The notes: a model not told the origin generated them from the letters alone. A stretch of 64,000 nt of DNA from Selaginella moellendorffii (GCF_000143415.4 NW_003314274.1:2648623-2712622), one strand, 5' to 3'; positions 12,510 through 26,030 are shown, numbered from the stretch's first letter. Numbers and translations: made by a program.

Positions 12510-14660
12510 CATGACCGATAGAACATAAGATTGAGCTGGTTGAGGGTGCTGAGGCTGTGGTTCATCCCCCCTATCGTTTGAACAAAAAAGAACTCGAGGA
12601 GCTCAAGCGCCAACTAGAGGAGTTGGTGGACAAAGGGTATGTTAGGTTGAGCAAGTCGCCATATAGGGCGCCGGTGTTATTTGTGAAAAAGAAAGATGGA
12701 TCTATGCGCATGTGCATAGACTACCGGTTGCTCAACAAGTATACAAAGAAGAACAAGTACCCTTTGCCAAGGATTGAGGACCTGTTCGATAGGTTGGGAA
12801 AGGCAAAATACTTCTCGAGGATTGACCTGAGGTTAGGATACTACCAGATCAGGGTAGCAGAGAAAGATGTTGAGAAGACAACCTGTCGAACTAGGTATGG
12901 GAGATTTGAGTTTCTGGTGATGCCCTTTGGGCTGTGCAATGCACCGGCAACATTTTTGGTGTTGATGAACCATATCTTTGTACCCTATCTGGATCACTTT
13001 GTGCTCGTTTATATTGACGACATCCTGATCTATAGCGAGACGCTAAAGGAGCATGCTGAACACTTGGCAAAGGTGTTTGAGAAACTAAGGGAACACAAAC
13101 TGTATGCTAAAGAGAGCAAATGTGACTTTGCTCAACAAGAGGTAAAGTTTCTCGGGCATGTGGTGGGCCAGGATGGGCTCAAGGTGGACCCAGAGAAGGT
13201 CCAAGCGATCTAGGAATGGGAGCAACCATCAAATTTATATGAGTTGAGGGCATTCCTGGGGCTATGCAACTACTACCGAAAGTTTATCAGACACTATTCG
13301 AGAGTAGTCTTGCCCTTAACGGACCAAACAGGAAAAGGGAAGATGGTGTGGACAACGGAATGCGAGGTGGCATTCGTCAACCTCAAAGGGAAGTTGAGGA
13401 AGGCTCCTGTGTTGGCATTACCAGACTTTGGTAAGGACTTTGAGGTACAAATGGATGCTTCGGACTTTGCGTTGGGCACAGTTTTGAAGCAAGACAACCA
13501 TCTAGTAGCGTTCTTCTCGAAGAAGTTGGACAAGGCTCAACAGAAGTGGCCTGCCCACAAGAAGGAATTGTTTGCGGTGGTCAAGGCACTCAAGGAGTGG
13601 CGACACTACCTTGGGAGACACTTCAAGGTTTACACAGACAATGTGGCAACGAAACACTTCTTGTCACAGCCCGACCTGAGAGGGAAACAAGGCCGGTGGG
13701 CCAATGCCTTGGCCGAGTTTGATTGCGAGATTCTGTACAAGCCTGGGAAGAGCAACATCATGGCGGATGCGCTAAGTAAAAAAGCGAGCTTGAGGTTGGC
13801 GATATCCAGCGTGACAGCAACCTTTTGGGACGATGTGCGGACAGCATATGAGAATGATGGTCTAGCACAAGAAGTGTTGTTGAGGAATCTAGAGGCACGG
13901 GAAGCTCACCAGAGAGGTGAGCTGCCAACGGAAGAAAAAACGGGCTATGCAAAAGGCAACGGACTCATCTATTACAAGCAAATGAGGGTGTATGTTCCAA
14001 AAGGGGAACTAAGGAAGGTTGCCTTAGAAGAGTGTCATGACGGACCTCTTGCGGGACACGGCAGAGTGGCCAAGACGATGGGCTTACTCAAGAGGAAGTA
14101 CCATTAGCTAGATATAGTTAAGGACGTCCAAGACTATGTAAAGACATGTCCAACATGTCAGTAGGTCAAAGCCGTGACTAAGGCTAGTGGGGGCTTGTTG
14201 CAAAGCATCCCAATTCTAGATCGTTCGTGGAAATGTCTTACGATGGACTTCATCATGGAACTCCCCCCAAGCGAGGGGTTTGATGCGATATTCATGGTGG
14301 TGGACCAATTTTCGAAAATGGCACATTTCATACCCACCACAATGGAAGTGGATGCGGAAGGTGTGGCGAAGCTATTCTTCGAACAAGTGGTTCCATTGTG
14401 GGGAAGGCCGGAAGAGATCATCTCAGATCGAAATAAGATCTTCACTAGTAGGTTCTAGAGGACTCTCCTGGAATAGTATTGCACCAAGTTGAAATTCAGC
14501 ATAGCCTATAACCCACAGACAGGTATTGGGTATTAAGTCAAGTTTGATTGCACTAACACTTCTTGACAGACGGACAAACGGAAAGGGTGAATAGGCAGTT
14601 GGAGGATTATTTGCGATGCTATGTCTTGGGAGACCAGACCGATTAGGTAAGTCATTTAGG
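12510..14660 (+). pseudogene. Ty3/gypsy pol fragment (RT-RNaseH-integrase) with premature stops
   Basis: [71 protein letters not shown]. In-frame TAGs at 13211, 14105 and 14456. Confidence 0.95.
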
Positions 14661-14989
14661 ACTAGCCTTGGTACAAGTCTTGTGGTACCAAGGGGTGTTA
14701 GGAATCTGGAGGCTTGGTGTGCTTGGCTGCTTGTGCCTGCGGGGAGTGTAGCCGAACCTTAAGTTCAATCTAATCCGGGGAGGGGGATTGGGAGAGATTT
14801 GGGAATCTGTGGATGGATAGCTAATGCTCTGTTGCTCATGCAGTGAGTAGCTGAAACCAAGTAGGACCAAGTAGGAGCTGGTACAATAGGTGGGGACCTT
14901 GGCGAGGGAACTTAGCACAAGCCAAGGGAGTGTTGGTCGGATAGACGAGGTAAGCTGGCAAATTGGAAAGGAAAATTTGTGGCTTACAG

Positions 14990-16625
14990 GGTGTTGTAAA
15001 TCTCTATCGGTGAAGTGTGGCATTTGTGTTGCATTTTGTTGAATCAAGTTGGCATTTAATACTTACATAGACTTTGTAGTAGTGATATAGGCATTGCTCG
15101 TGGTGTTGCTCAATTGATGATCAAGTCATTGTGATTTATATCATATCCATATGATAATGAGCAATGTGTTTACGAAGTTGCTTGGTTAAATGATGATCAA
15201 CCCCAAAGTGGTTGATAGTGAAGCTAGTCTGCCTATACTGGCCCAAACGCAAAGATCAATATATGGACAATATGAATATCATAGACAAAGATATCTTAGA
15301 GGCTTAATTATTAGTGAATAAAGCTTAGTTTAGAATACGAAAGTACTCCAAGTAAGTTATCATCCGATAAACCAATATTAAAGTATAGGAACCACCAAGA
15401 TCACTATAATTGGTAAACATAGGATTCAACATCCAACAAAATTCAATAGCCAGTGTATCATTAAGGAAATTCAATGATAAAGCTTAACTATAAAAAATTG
15501 CAGATAGAATGCCAAACAACTTATGAAAGAGAACTCAAAGAACACAAAGTATCCTTAATCGATAAGCACAATGTTTGCGAATGTATCATTTGAAGGAAAT
15601 AACATCCTAATCTATTAGGACTAACTTGAGCAATAATCAATATAACATAATGAATAGGGTAATACCAAAAGACACTTAGTCATGCCAACCATCACACTAG
15701 CCAATTTGAATAGATCCCAGTCAATAATACCAAGGAACTCAAGTTGCCTAAGCAAATGTCAGCAACGTCTTACTGATGTCTCAAACCCAAAAGACTAATC
15801 CAGAGCAAACCACAAAGAACATGTGGTATTACGAAAAGCCATAAGCTATCAAAGAGAAGAACTAAAGATCATCAATCATCCCATCAATAGAGAGATGCAT
15901 AATTATCATCGAAGAAAGAATCCACCATCCCGAAGAACAGCGAATCATTCTATATGAACAATAATCAAGCAAAACCTTTGACAAAGATAATCAATTATCT
16001 GAGATGATAGTCAATCATCACTAATGATTGCTAGATGCAAATACTAACTTCAACATCGAAGTTAGGAGCCAAAATGCCTTCCCCAACGACTTCTAATAAA
16101 TGGAACAACAAACATAAAATTCAAAGAACCAAAAGCTTGAAGAAGCTTATAGCTAAGTCTTTGTCTATAATGATCACAAGTCTTGCATGAACTAACTTCA
16201 ATGCTAAAGAAGAAATCATGGTACAATCCATAATATCCTCCTCAACACATCTATAAGTTAAACTTCATAATGCCAAAGCTAATAAAGAGCATGTCTGTAT
16301 CAATCCAAAAGCTAAGAATAACAAAGTTATGCTTAACAAGTGATCACCAAACAATCCTCCATGATTCCATCTATAGTAAAACGTAAGTCACTTCATAACA
16401 AGCATAAGAAAAATCATCAATGATTAATATATTCCAAGTCAAATCCAATAAGGATTCAAATATTCTAACATCAATCACTAATTCTTCCACTCATAGAGTT
16501 AACATGATCCATGACTAAATCATTTTTCAAGGAAAAGATCAAAGCTCAACCCCTATTAAACAATCTCGTCTAGAACACAACTAACTCAACTTGCTACTCA
16601 GTTCATTTGAACGTCAATACAGTTG
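14990..16625. mobile_element. Two family-A internal fragments in opposite orientations (~14990-15240 +, ~15230-16625 -)
   Basis: Match by eye to ~28225-28470 and to ~37865-39275. Confidence 0.7.
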
Positions 16626-17133
16626 GTATTAAAGCAAATGGCACGGGTTCAATTCCCATTGATTTATGGCTACTTAAAAATATAATATACCCTTGAGCAA
16701 GGTATATTCCTACCCCTAAATTTGAAATTGTATGTATTGAACATCCATGTGTATGTCCTTCCTTTTGTGTGGAGTATCCACAGACGAAGGTATCCACAAT
16801 AGGACTGTAGTACGGGTGGATGACTAGTTGCCTCACATGGAATAGTTGGTCTACGCAATGGAAGGATTGGTAGATTCAGTATGGAAATGAAGGTGTTGGT
16901 TCCCCTTGGCTCAATAAGGGTTGTTAGTTAATAATCAATGAAGACATTGATATCTCTGAAGGGGGGGTGAGTGTAGCGCATGTGATCATGGGATGAGATT
17001 TGGATATACTGTCACCATAGATTCTTGGAACCTTGGGGGTTAAATGGGGATAAAATAACCATTAAGGCCTCTCTCATTAAGCAATTGCCCTTTTTCCAGT
17101 TGGTTTAAGGGGAGAGAGATAAAGTGCACTACA
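16624..17133 (+). mobile_element. TRIM-like fragment: PBS, ~340-bp internal region, PPT, 162-bp LTR (5' LTR missing)
   Basis: PBS-like tggtattaaagc at ~16624. PPT gaagggggggtgag directly precedes 16972. The unit 16972-17133 has inverted termini TGTAGCGCA...TGCACTACA. Confidence 0.55.
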
Positions 17134-17660
17134 TTGATAGTAGGTTGCACTTTGTATTTGGTTAAACTCTATGAGAGTAGTGAACTCTCACTAATCTCGA
17201 CTTAATTTTGATGGCCCTACACCTTAGTTGAGGATGGATGGTAATGTCCAACTTAGTTATTCGTGATTGAGGTGTTAGTACTTATACTATAGCCTTGTCC
17301 ATTAAGAGGTTCTGTACTTATATGAGTCCATCTCATAGTCTTAACTTTAGTTTCGATTGAATATTGATCATGCATAGCTATCCTTTTCATTTATAGTTGG
17401 AGCTATTAGCTAAACGTATATTGTAGTCTGTATAATTAGAGTACTATATAATCAGATTCAATAGTCATTTTATCCATACTAATCCATAATCCTTTATATT
17501 TTACTTGTGTGTTATCTTTCCATTGGACAAGTTTTTTACTTGATAACATGAGTTTAATATTATATCTTAGGCAAGTTGAAGAGTGATTATTAGTTGCTTT
17601 ACAATTAGTGATTGTTTGTGGACTTTGTTGAGGATTGCTAACACTTTACTTAGTTTGATT
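17134..17660 (+). mobile_element. Highly degenerate family-A internal fragment
   Basis: Similar by eye to ~29175-29700. Confidence 0.6.
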
Positions 17661-18630
17661 ACGATTTAGCAGTGATTGTGTGTTTCAACTCCTTTATTAG
17701 CTTGATCTTCTCTTGTGCACCTTTTGAAATGGAAGATGTATATTGTTGTGCCTTCCCATTTCTAGTTGGTTGTGTATGCCAGTATAATGGCATTGGTGGC
17801 ATAACAGTATCAACAACAACATTTGAGGAAGTCTTTAGCTTGAAGTTTGCTCTCTTTAGACTTTCAATCATTTCTTTCAAAAGATTGTAACTTCGCTCAA
17901 TTGGCCACTCCTTTAACACAGAATTGTAAGCTCCTCAATTTGAACTTCTTAGGAGGTCATCCAACCCAATACTATAGGATGTTTAACCCCAAAACAAAGT
18001 TGTTATCACTCCCACTATCTAGTAAAATTTGCATTTGATTTCTATGGAATACACCAATACTGATGCATGAGTGTCCTCGAGCTTTATCTTGTTCTACACA
18101 CAGTTAATGAGCAATGATCAAAAGCCACTTCCTCCAATTGGAATGGTCCTCCTAGTTATCCTCATGTTGCAAATTTTACAAATTTTTAGTATTCAACTTA
18201 TAATTATTAAAAGACTAATCATTCTTTTCGCTTTATTACTTATGCTTTAGCTATGGACAATCAGCCTTGTAATGTCCAAACTCATTGCAATGATGATAAC
18301 CTTGGCTATAATTCTTCATAAAAAATTTCTACCTTTTTCTATCTAAAGTAGTTACCACAGACTTAAGCTTGTGATATTTGTTCCCATTCTTGTGTCCACA
18401 GTAATCATCCCTACAATTCTCAACAAAAGGACTTATCAAACACTTACAAGACTTAGGTTTGTTATTGTCAAGTTAACAAGCCTCATCAAAGAGTTCTTCC
18501 AAATTCTTTGTAGGTAATACACAAAGTGTTGCTGCATACTTTCATTATAAAAGCCATCAATAAAGAAGGACTTGTTTCAATTTGGATCCTTCATTGGAAC
18601 ATGGCTAATCAAGTGAGTAAGTTTCTCAAT
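17660..18630 (-). pseudogene. Retrotransposon gag-protease remnant
   Basis: The minus strand reads a zinc-knuckle remnant (HCNEFGHYKADCP, ~18254-18295) and an aspartic protease motif (MQILLDSGSDNNFV, ~17993-18035). Confidence 0.6.
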
Positions 18631-18634
18631 ATAA

Positions 18635-19113
18635 GCCGGTGGGCCAATGCCTTGGCCGAGTTTTATTGCGAGATTCTGTACAAGCCTGGGAAGAGCAACA
18701 TCATGGCGGATGCGCTAAGTAAAAAAGCAAGCTTGAGGTTGGCGATATCCAGCGTGACAGCAACCTTTTGGGACGATGTGCGGACAGCATATGAGAATGA
18801 TGGTCTAGCACAAGAAGTGTTGTTGAGGAATCTAGAGGCACGGGAAGCTCACCAGAGAGGTGAGCTGCCAACGGAAGAAAAAACGGGCTATGCAAAAGGC
18901 AACGGACTCATCTATTACAAGCAAATGAGGGTGTATGTTCCAAAAGGGGAACTAAGGAAGGTTGCCTTAAAAGAGTGTCATGACGGACCTCTTGCGGGAC
19001 ACGGCAGAGTGCCCAAGACGATGGGCTTACTCAAGAGGAAGTACCATTAGCTAGATATAGTTAAGGATGTCCAAGACTATGTAAAGACATGTCCAACATG
19101 TCAGCAGGTCAAA
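18635..19113 (+). repeat. Near-identical ~480-bp copy of pol segment 13692-14171
   Basis: The translation RWANALAEF..MGLLKRKYH differs from the 13244-14107 ORF at only three residues, and both copies share the TAG after KYH. Confidence 0.9.
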
Positions 19114-22100
19114 GGGAGAGTACCCAGGTGGCTCGCATAAGGCCACGGTGTTCCGAAATGTTGTCCCAAAGGCCCAGACTGTGGAAAGGAAGAGGAGCAG
19201 TCCTCTGGGGTAGTGACCAAGTACACAGTCAGGTGGTGAGGAAGTCCCAGAGGACCGTGGGACTTAGTGGTCGGGCCTGTGGGCCTCGATCCAGTGGCAG
19301 TGTTGGCAAACACGGCCAGGGGCAGAAAGGGACTTGGTAGGAACTGACAAAGGGACTTTGGGGAAGGCAATTCCCCAGGTCTGTGGGCATCCTAAGGATG
19401 CTAAGGAGTGGATCTAGGATGACCACTCGTGGACACATGGCCCAGTCTTGGAGAGACGATGTGGTGATGCAGGTGGTGTTGAACCACTAGTGCAGCAAAG
19501 GTGAATGGGCATGGCCTTAGCGTAACGGGCCGAGATGTCAGTGGTACCTTTGGGTGTCGGTCTCGGGACCGGACACGTGGAGCACTTGGACCAGGTGCAA
19601 GTGTGGAGTGGCATGGATGCCATTCTTGGGGCTAGCAAGTCCCAAGTCCTGAATTGGACTGATGGAGGTTGTGAATGAGACTCCTCCAAGTGGTCGGAGG
19701 TGTGGTTAAGTGACTAAAGTAGAATGGAAAATTTAGTCACTTATAATTTGGTATTGGAGCTGTTCCTTAGTCCGACTTTTATTGGTGGTCAAGTATATCA
19801 CCACTAGTGTTGGCATCGGAAGGTCCAAGGAGTGGGCCTATCCTTGAGGAGTAGCAAGTCGGGAAGACATGGCTCTCCATTACAGTTCATGTGTGAACTT
19901 GTAGACGAGGTGGTGGATAGAAAAGGGCCAATAATGGAACGACTTTGGGATCTTGGGAACAGTGCAAGGTCTTCCTCATTGAGTTGAGGATGTGATCCAG
20001 ATGAGCATTTGTCTCAGCAAATTGGCTAAGGTTGTTGTGGTAAACAACTAAAGTTGGGATCACGGGAAAGATAAAGACTCCAAAGCAATAAAGGAGTCAC
20101 AAAATTTTCCTCATATAGTTGAGGTTGGTGCTCATGAAGGTGAGACCAGAAGTAATGACCGTGGGAGGTCAAATACGGAAGAGGACTCAAGTCCTTGAAA
20201 AGGTAGCCGGGGCTACCTCTAATAAATGCTGGAACAACCCCAGGAGTTGGGGGTGTATTAAGTGGATGAGTTACTGTTCTCATCACATGGACAAGTAGTC
20301 CTAAGGGGCAAAGGATGCCCCCAGAGAACAAAATCAAGTGTCGGAGTAGCACTTGTGAAAATAGTCCTTTTGAGTAGGACAGGAATGCAAGAAGTGTATT
20401 CCAGTGAGCTAGTGCCTCACAAGTAGGACCTTACGGGTCTGTGGATTAACCAAGTCCAAAACTGCTGGATGACTCAAGTAGAGTCAACGGATGGTCCTAA
20501 AAGGACTGATGGAAGCATTTGGACTGAGGTGTGTTGTACCCCACAAAGGATGGGGGGGGATCATAGGATCCAAGGATGAGAACAGAGGGTATCTCATCGA
20601 TGGCAAAATATGCCATGCTAAAGTTATGGGAAAGGTGTTCCCAGAAGAAAACAACTTTGACATAAAGTTGTGTGTGACCTCTATGGTGCAGTGCTAACGG
20701 ATGGTTGGCATGAGAAAGAGCGGTGTTGGTCTTGGCAAAGACTTAGACACGAAGGGGAAATGTCATAGAGGTAGGCTCGTGGAGCCGATGGTGTGGAGAC
20801 ACCAAATGTGCCAAGGTGTGATACCTTGAGGCTATGTTGGTGGGTTCATGAGAACCCCTTGCCAAAGGAATCCCAATGGAAATGGGAATAGCATAGCCTA
20901 AGCTGCAGAGCATGCAGTTGGAGTGTGGTGACCCAGATAATGATGGAGGTGTGAAAGCACCAAGCAATGAGTTGTAGGACTTGACAACTATGAGGCAACT
21001 AAGCAAGAGGTGCAAAATAACTGGTTAAACGGGTAGAAGGTAGCTACCCAAGACTTCTTAATAGCATAGGGAAGTTGGATAAACCCTTACAAGGGATAAG
21101 TTGCTTGTGTTGCGATATAGTAAGTCAATGTTATAAAAGGAAATACTCATTGTCAAGAAAGCCATCATTGGGACACCTGAACACTCTAGAACACCAGAAG
21201 GTGGTGTTTGATGTCGCGAGGGCAATGGATAAAGCCCAAGGGACTAAGTCCCTAGCGAATGATGGATAGAAGGTGCTATCCAAATGTCCAAGGTTGCGGA
21301 GACAGGAGAGGGTTGTCTACCCGAGTTGGACAAAGCCAAAAATGGAATTTTGGCAAGGCTAGTGATGGGCATGTAAAGGCCCATAAACAACAATGTAATC
21401 TCAGTGTGTGGGATTATAAGGTGAGCATACCCGGATTGAGGAACCACTCCCTAGGCTATTGGGTAGGTTCATCCCTAAGAATACTTGCTAAAGCATGATA
21501 GAAAGTGCGAAGCTATCCTCCTGGTCTGGAGGAGAATGACCAAAGGAAAGGTGTGAAGCCAAAAAGCAAGAAGTAAGGGGATAGAACCGAACCATAGGAA
21601 TCAAAGGGGCATAACCAAGGTTGGTTACGCCAGCTGGGAGTGGAGAATCAAGTGGGGGCTCGAGGGTGTTGCCGCTAGCAACCGTGATGCCATGGAGAGT
21701 CTAAAATATGGAATTGTCCATGTTAGACTATGTGGCATTTGGAAGGCTTGCAAAAAGGGAGGCCTTAGCAAGCTGAGGGACAGAGTTCCTTCAAGGTTCC
21801 CAAAGACGATTCTAGGTAGCTTAGTACCTAGAAAGGCCAAGTGTAAATGGTTCATGGAACGCGCGAAATCAGAGTGGCGCAGCAGAAGCGTGGTCTTGAA
21901 GCTTGCCATGAGGCAAGGCTATCAAGGTTAGGGAAGTAGTTCCCGAGTGTTCAAAGAGAGGGCTTTGAACGAAAGTCGATGGTCAAGGACTTTCACGCTT
22001 ATGCAGGAACCATGTTACAGTGGTCGGAGGACTTGCCAAGTGAGATTGGCACGTCGGGGGAACAAATACCCCAGTTGAAGGTGATAACTTCAAAAAGGGT

Positions 22101-24249
22101 GGGCCATGGGGCCGAGCATGGAGGAGTCCATGCATGATCACAGACATGTCAAGTGAGAGGACTTGGCAGTGTGGAGGAACTAGGTTCCTAAGCTGTGATC
22201 TGTAGCGCGCTTTAAAAATAAGTTGGTGCACCAGAGTGGGGAGTCACGCCAGGCATCTTGTGTGATGCCGTCCGTAGATGCATATACGGAGGTTGGGTTC
22301 GAGTCCCGACCCTCTAGTGCTTGGGTTCGAGTCCCAAATCACTAGGGCGTGGTGATGGTTTGGAATATGAGGACACTCATATTTCGGTGGTCATGGACTC
22401 TCAGTGGGGAGACTGGTTTGGGCACACCGCCAAGCGAGGGATGCCTCGGAGTCGTGATGCACGGTTAGATTGCTTAGTGTGAAAGCTCAGCATATCTAAC
22501 TTGAACGCTTTGGTGCAAGTGGCACCAAGGTCGTGGTGAGTGAGATGGGGACACCTAATCTCAGTTGCTATGAACCCTTGGCCATAAGGGCTAGCTTGGG
22601 TGCACCGCCAAGTGTGGGGGATGCCCCCGGGGTTATAGTCAACAACTTGGAGGTCTAGAAGACCAAATACCTCTTGGCAACTCTGTTAAGGTGCCAAGGT
22701 GAGATCACTAGGTGATCTTATGGCCAGATAAGGACAAGGTCCTTGGTTGGCTAAGGAATGAAGTTCCTGGTTCAAAATGTTGAAATTGAACTGTTTAAGA
22801 TGGTGTGGCTTGGTCGTGATGACCAAGTGGGAAGAGCACCTAAGGGAAATAAACTATGTCCGTCCGATGGCATAGTGAGTCCGAGGAAAGTAGTCTCTAT
22901 AAAAGACCCAGGGGAGGGTCACGAAGTTGGGCCATGGATAGAGCCCATAGCAGAATATGCTAAAGAGACATACTAGGGGTGAACATCCTCCGGACTTGGC
23001 AAAGAAGAGTCTTTGCTATGGAACCGAAAGGATACCTCAAAAATGGAGGTAGCGATCCGATGTTGCTAGGTGCAACAATCAAGGATAGGAGCAAAGGACT
23101 AGTGGCCAAAGTTTGGGCCATGGAATTTAATGGAAGGGATCCAAATGGCAAAGTTAGCCAAGGAACACTAATGTGTTCGATGCTAACAGCTTGTGGGAAA
23201 GGAAGAGGACTTTCAAGGACGGATTCCGAAATGCTCCGATTTGGCGAAAGTGGAAGCTCCAAGGGAGGGAGCGGTAAGGTAGCCAAATGATAGGGCCATG
23301 AACAGCCCTAGCACAAAGTATGATAACTGGAACTTTGGCACGAAATAGAAGAGAGGATGATGGTGCCCTCGAGTAGAGCACTTCCTAGGATGGGAAGTGG
23401 AGTTGCACAAAAGGTGCAAGGCAAGGTGTCGGAGACACCTAGGAAATTGACTCCAAGAAGTCAAAATTCAAAGTTCCAAAATGCAAAGGTTATATCGATG
23501 GAAATTGAGACTACTCGAGAAGGAGTAGTGGGATTGACTTAGAGAAAGGTCTCTAAGAGGTTTAGCGAGAACTAAACCAATAAAAGGAGGGAACCATTAC
23601 ATGTGGTCCAATCAGTCTCTAAGTTGGAGAGACTACGCTCCTTAAAGGATGGACAAGGCATGGTGAGCCTTTGGTGTCAAACCATAGACAAAGATTGGCT
23701 AGGTGCCAAGGATGGAAATGGTAACACGTGTGGGTGTTACTTTATGAAAGGGTTTACCGTTCGATGAGGACATCGAACTTCGTCTATGGGTGGTGGAGTT
23801 GTGAGACACAAAATCCCTAGGCCCCAAAGTGGAGCCGGAAGGGCGCCACATGGTAGTGGCCGAAGCGAGAGCCAAACGAGCGTAACACGTTTGGACAAAA
23901 AGCTCCAACTTGAAAAGTCAAGAGCGGGAGTGGAACTCCCAACGAAGTGCTCGAGGAACGAGCACGAAGCGAGCAAAAGGCGAGGCTCCAAAAAGGGACC
24001 CAAAAGGACCAACACATGACACGTGGGAGTGTCCGAGATGGAGTCCGAAGTGGAGTCCGAGGTGGACCCGAGATGGAGTCCGAGATGGAGTCCGAGATGG
24101 ACCCGAGATGGACCCGAAATGGAGTCCGAGATGGACCCGAAATGGAGTCCGAGATGGAGTCCGAGATGGACCCGAGATGGAGTCCGAGATGGAGTCCGAG
24201 ATGGACCCGAGATGGAGTCCGAGATGGAGTCCGAGATGGAGTCCGAAGT

Positions 24250-24290
<41 letters not shown>

Positions 24291-25405
24291 TCGGGACCGA
24301 GACCAAGACCGAGGCCGAGGCTGAGACCGAGCCCGAGCCTGAGTCCGAGTCCGAATCCGAATCTGAGTCCGAGTCCGAGTCTGAGTCCGAGTCCGAGTCC
24401 GGAGCCTGAGAGGGTGAAAGCCCAAAGCGTTCGTCTCCCAGACCCTGGGGGGTTTGGTGAGCTCCAAAAGTATAGTAGGGGGAGGACTGCAGTGGAGCCA
24501 GTTTGGCCAGGAAAGGCCAGTTTGGCCCAGGAAGGCCAGACCCAATGTTGGGTGATGAACTGACCACTGGGAAGTCCAAGACTAGAGTGAATACGGACCG
24601 ACAAGCGGGGTAGCTTGGTGAAGTGTTCAAGAGCCGGCTCTAGTTCCCCCGGGAGATCGACTGGCCGATGCTCCCAGTCCAAGTGTGGGTGGCACTGCCT
24701 ACTTGGATACCAAGCGTGGCTCAATGGAACCTCGCTCTAAGCCCATGGCTAGAGCACCTAAAGGCGATAGGTGGGGAGAGTACCCAGGTGGCTCGCATAA
24801 GGCCACGGTGTTCCGAAATGTTGTCCCAAAGGCCCAGACTGTGGAAAGGAAGAGGAGCAGTCCTCTGGGGTAGTGACCAAGGACACAGTCAGGTGGTGAG
24901 GAAGTCCCAAAGGACCGTGGGACTTAGTGGTCGGGCCTGTGGGCCTCGATCCAGTGGCAGTGTTGGCAAACACGGCCAGGGGCAGAAAGGGACTTGGTAG
25001 GAACTGACAAAGGGACTTTGGGGAAGGCAATTCCCCAGGTCTGTGGGCATCCTAAGGATGCTAAGGAGTGGATCTAGGATGACCACTCGTGGACACATGG
25101 CCCAGTCTTGGAGAGACGATGTGGTGATGCAGGTGGTGTTGAACCACTAGTGCAGCAAAGGTGAATGGGCATGGCCTTAGCGTAACGGGCCGAGATGTCA
25201 GTGGTACCTTTGGGTGTCGGTCTCGGGACCGGACACGTGGAGCACTTGGACCAGGTGCAAGTGTGGAGTGGCATGGATGCCATTCTTGGGGCTAGCAAGT
25301 CCCAAGTCCTGAATTGGACTGATGGAGGTTGTGAATGAGACTCCTCCAAGTGGTCGGAGGTGTGGTTAAGTGACTAAAGTAGAATGGAAAATTTAGTCTC
25401 TTACA
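19114..25405 (+). mobile_element. Family-B non-autonomous LTR element: truncated 5' LTR (19114-19745), PBS, ~4-kb non-coding internal region, PPT, 3' LTR (23800-25405)
   Basis: PBS tggtattggagc at 19749. PPT-like gggtggtggagt before TG at 23800. The 3' LTR ends TTACA at 25405. The 5' LTR remnant is nearly identical to 24774-25405. Confidence 0.88.
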
Positions 25406-25576
25406 CCCATCTTGCATCTCTTGCTGATTTTGATTAAAGATACGACTAATGAACAACATCTGGAATAATCCAAACCTCTGCAGCTCCATTGGCACCTTCA
25501 TTGGCACCACCGTTGACAATAGGATTCCAATATTAATATTGGTTGGCTATCACAACCAACCTATCTTTGATACCAA

Positions 25577-26030
25577 TATTATGACCCAGTGCTAACAACA
25601 AAAGGTCTAGTCTCCCTAGACTATACTACGTCTCTGTCTTGAAATTCCTCATCCTCCAACCACCTTTGAGCCACCTCAAAGGGTCCATTGCAACACTGCT
25701 CTAGGATAAGTTAAGTTCCTCACCTACCATACCTTAATATACCCTTGAGCTTCCCTTTGACCTACATTGACCACGTTATCAAAATTAGCACCTAACATGT
25801 TATGATCTAGCATGAAAAGACAAAGATCTATTCTCCCTAAACTACACTATGCTTCCTCTTGAGGTTCCTCACCACCCAACCACCCTCAAGCTACCTTAAA
25901 AGCTCCATTGTGCCGCCACTCCAATATGAGCCCTAAGGTAGGTTATGTTCCTTACGCTAACATGCCTTAATATACACTTGAGCTTTCCTTTGACTGACAT
26001 TGAACACATGGTTAAAGCTGGTACCTAACA
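25577..26030 (-). mobile_element. Two directly abutted family-C LTRs (25577-25797 and 25798-26030), with PBS on the left and PPT on the right
   Basis: ctttgatacca (PBS reverse complement) at 25565-25575. Junction cctaaca|tgttatg at 25797/25798. attcttcccctccc (PPT reverse complement) from 26031. Confidence 0.8.

Noticed and set aside
16641-16660. tRNA gene suggested by GGGTTCAATTCCC
   Set aside because: Only a T-arm-like hairpin; no A-box or cloverleaf.
23737-24724. Long overlapping ORFs (SR-, GL-, SD- and ME-repeat proteins), also at 9599-10491 and 63055-63806
   Set aside because: They are by-products of stop-free 6/11/12-mer tandem repeats in LTR B. They are open in most frames on both strands and differ between copies.
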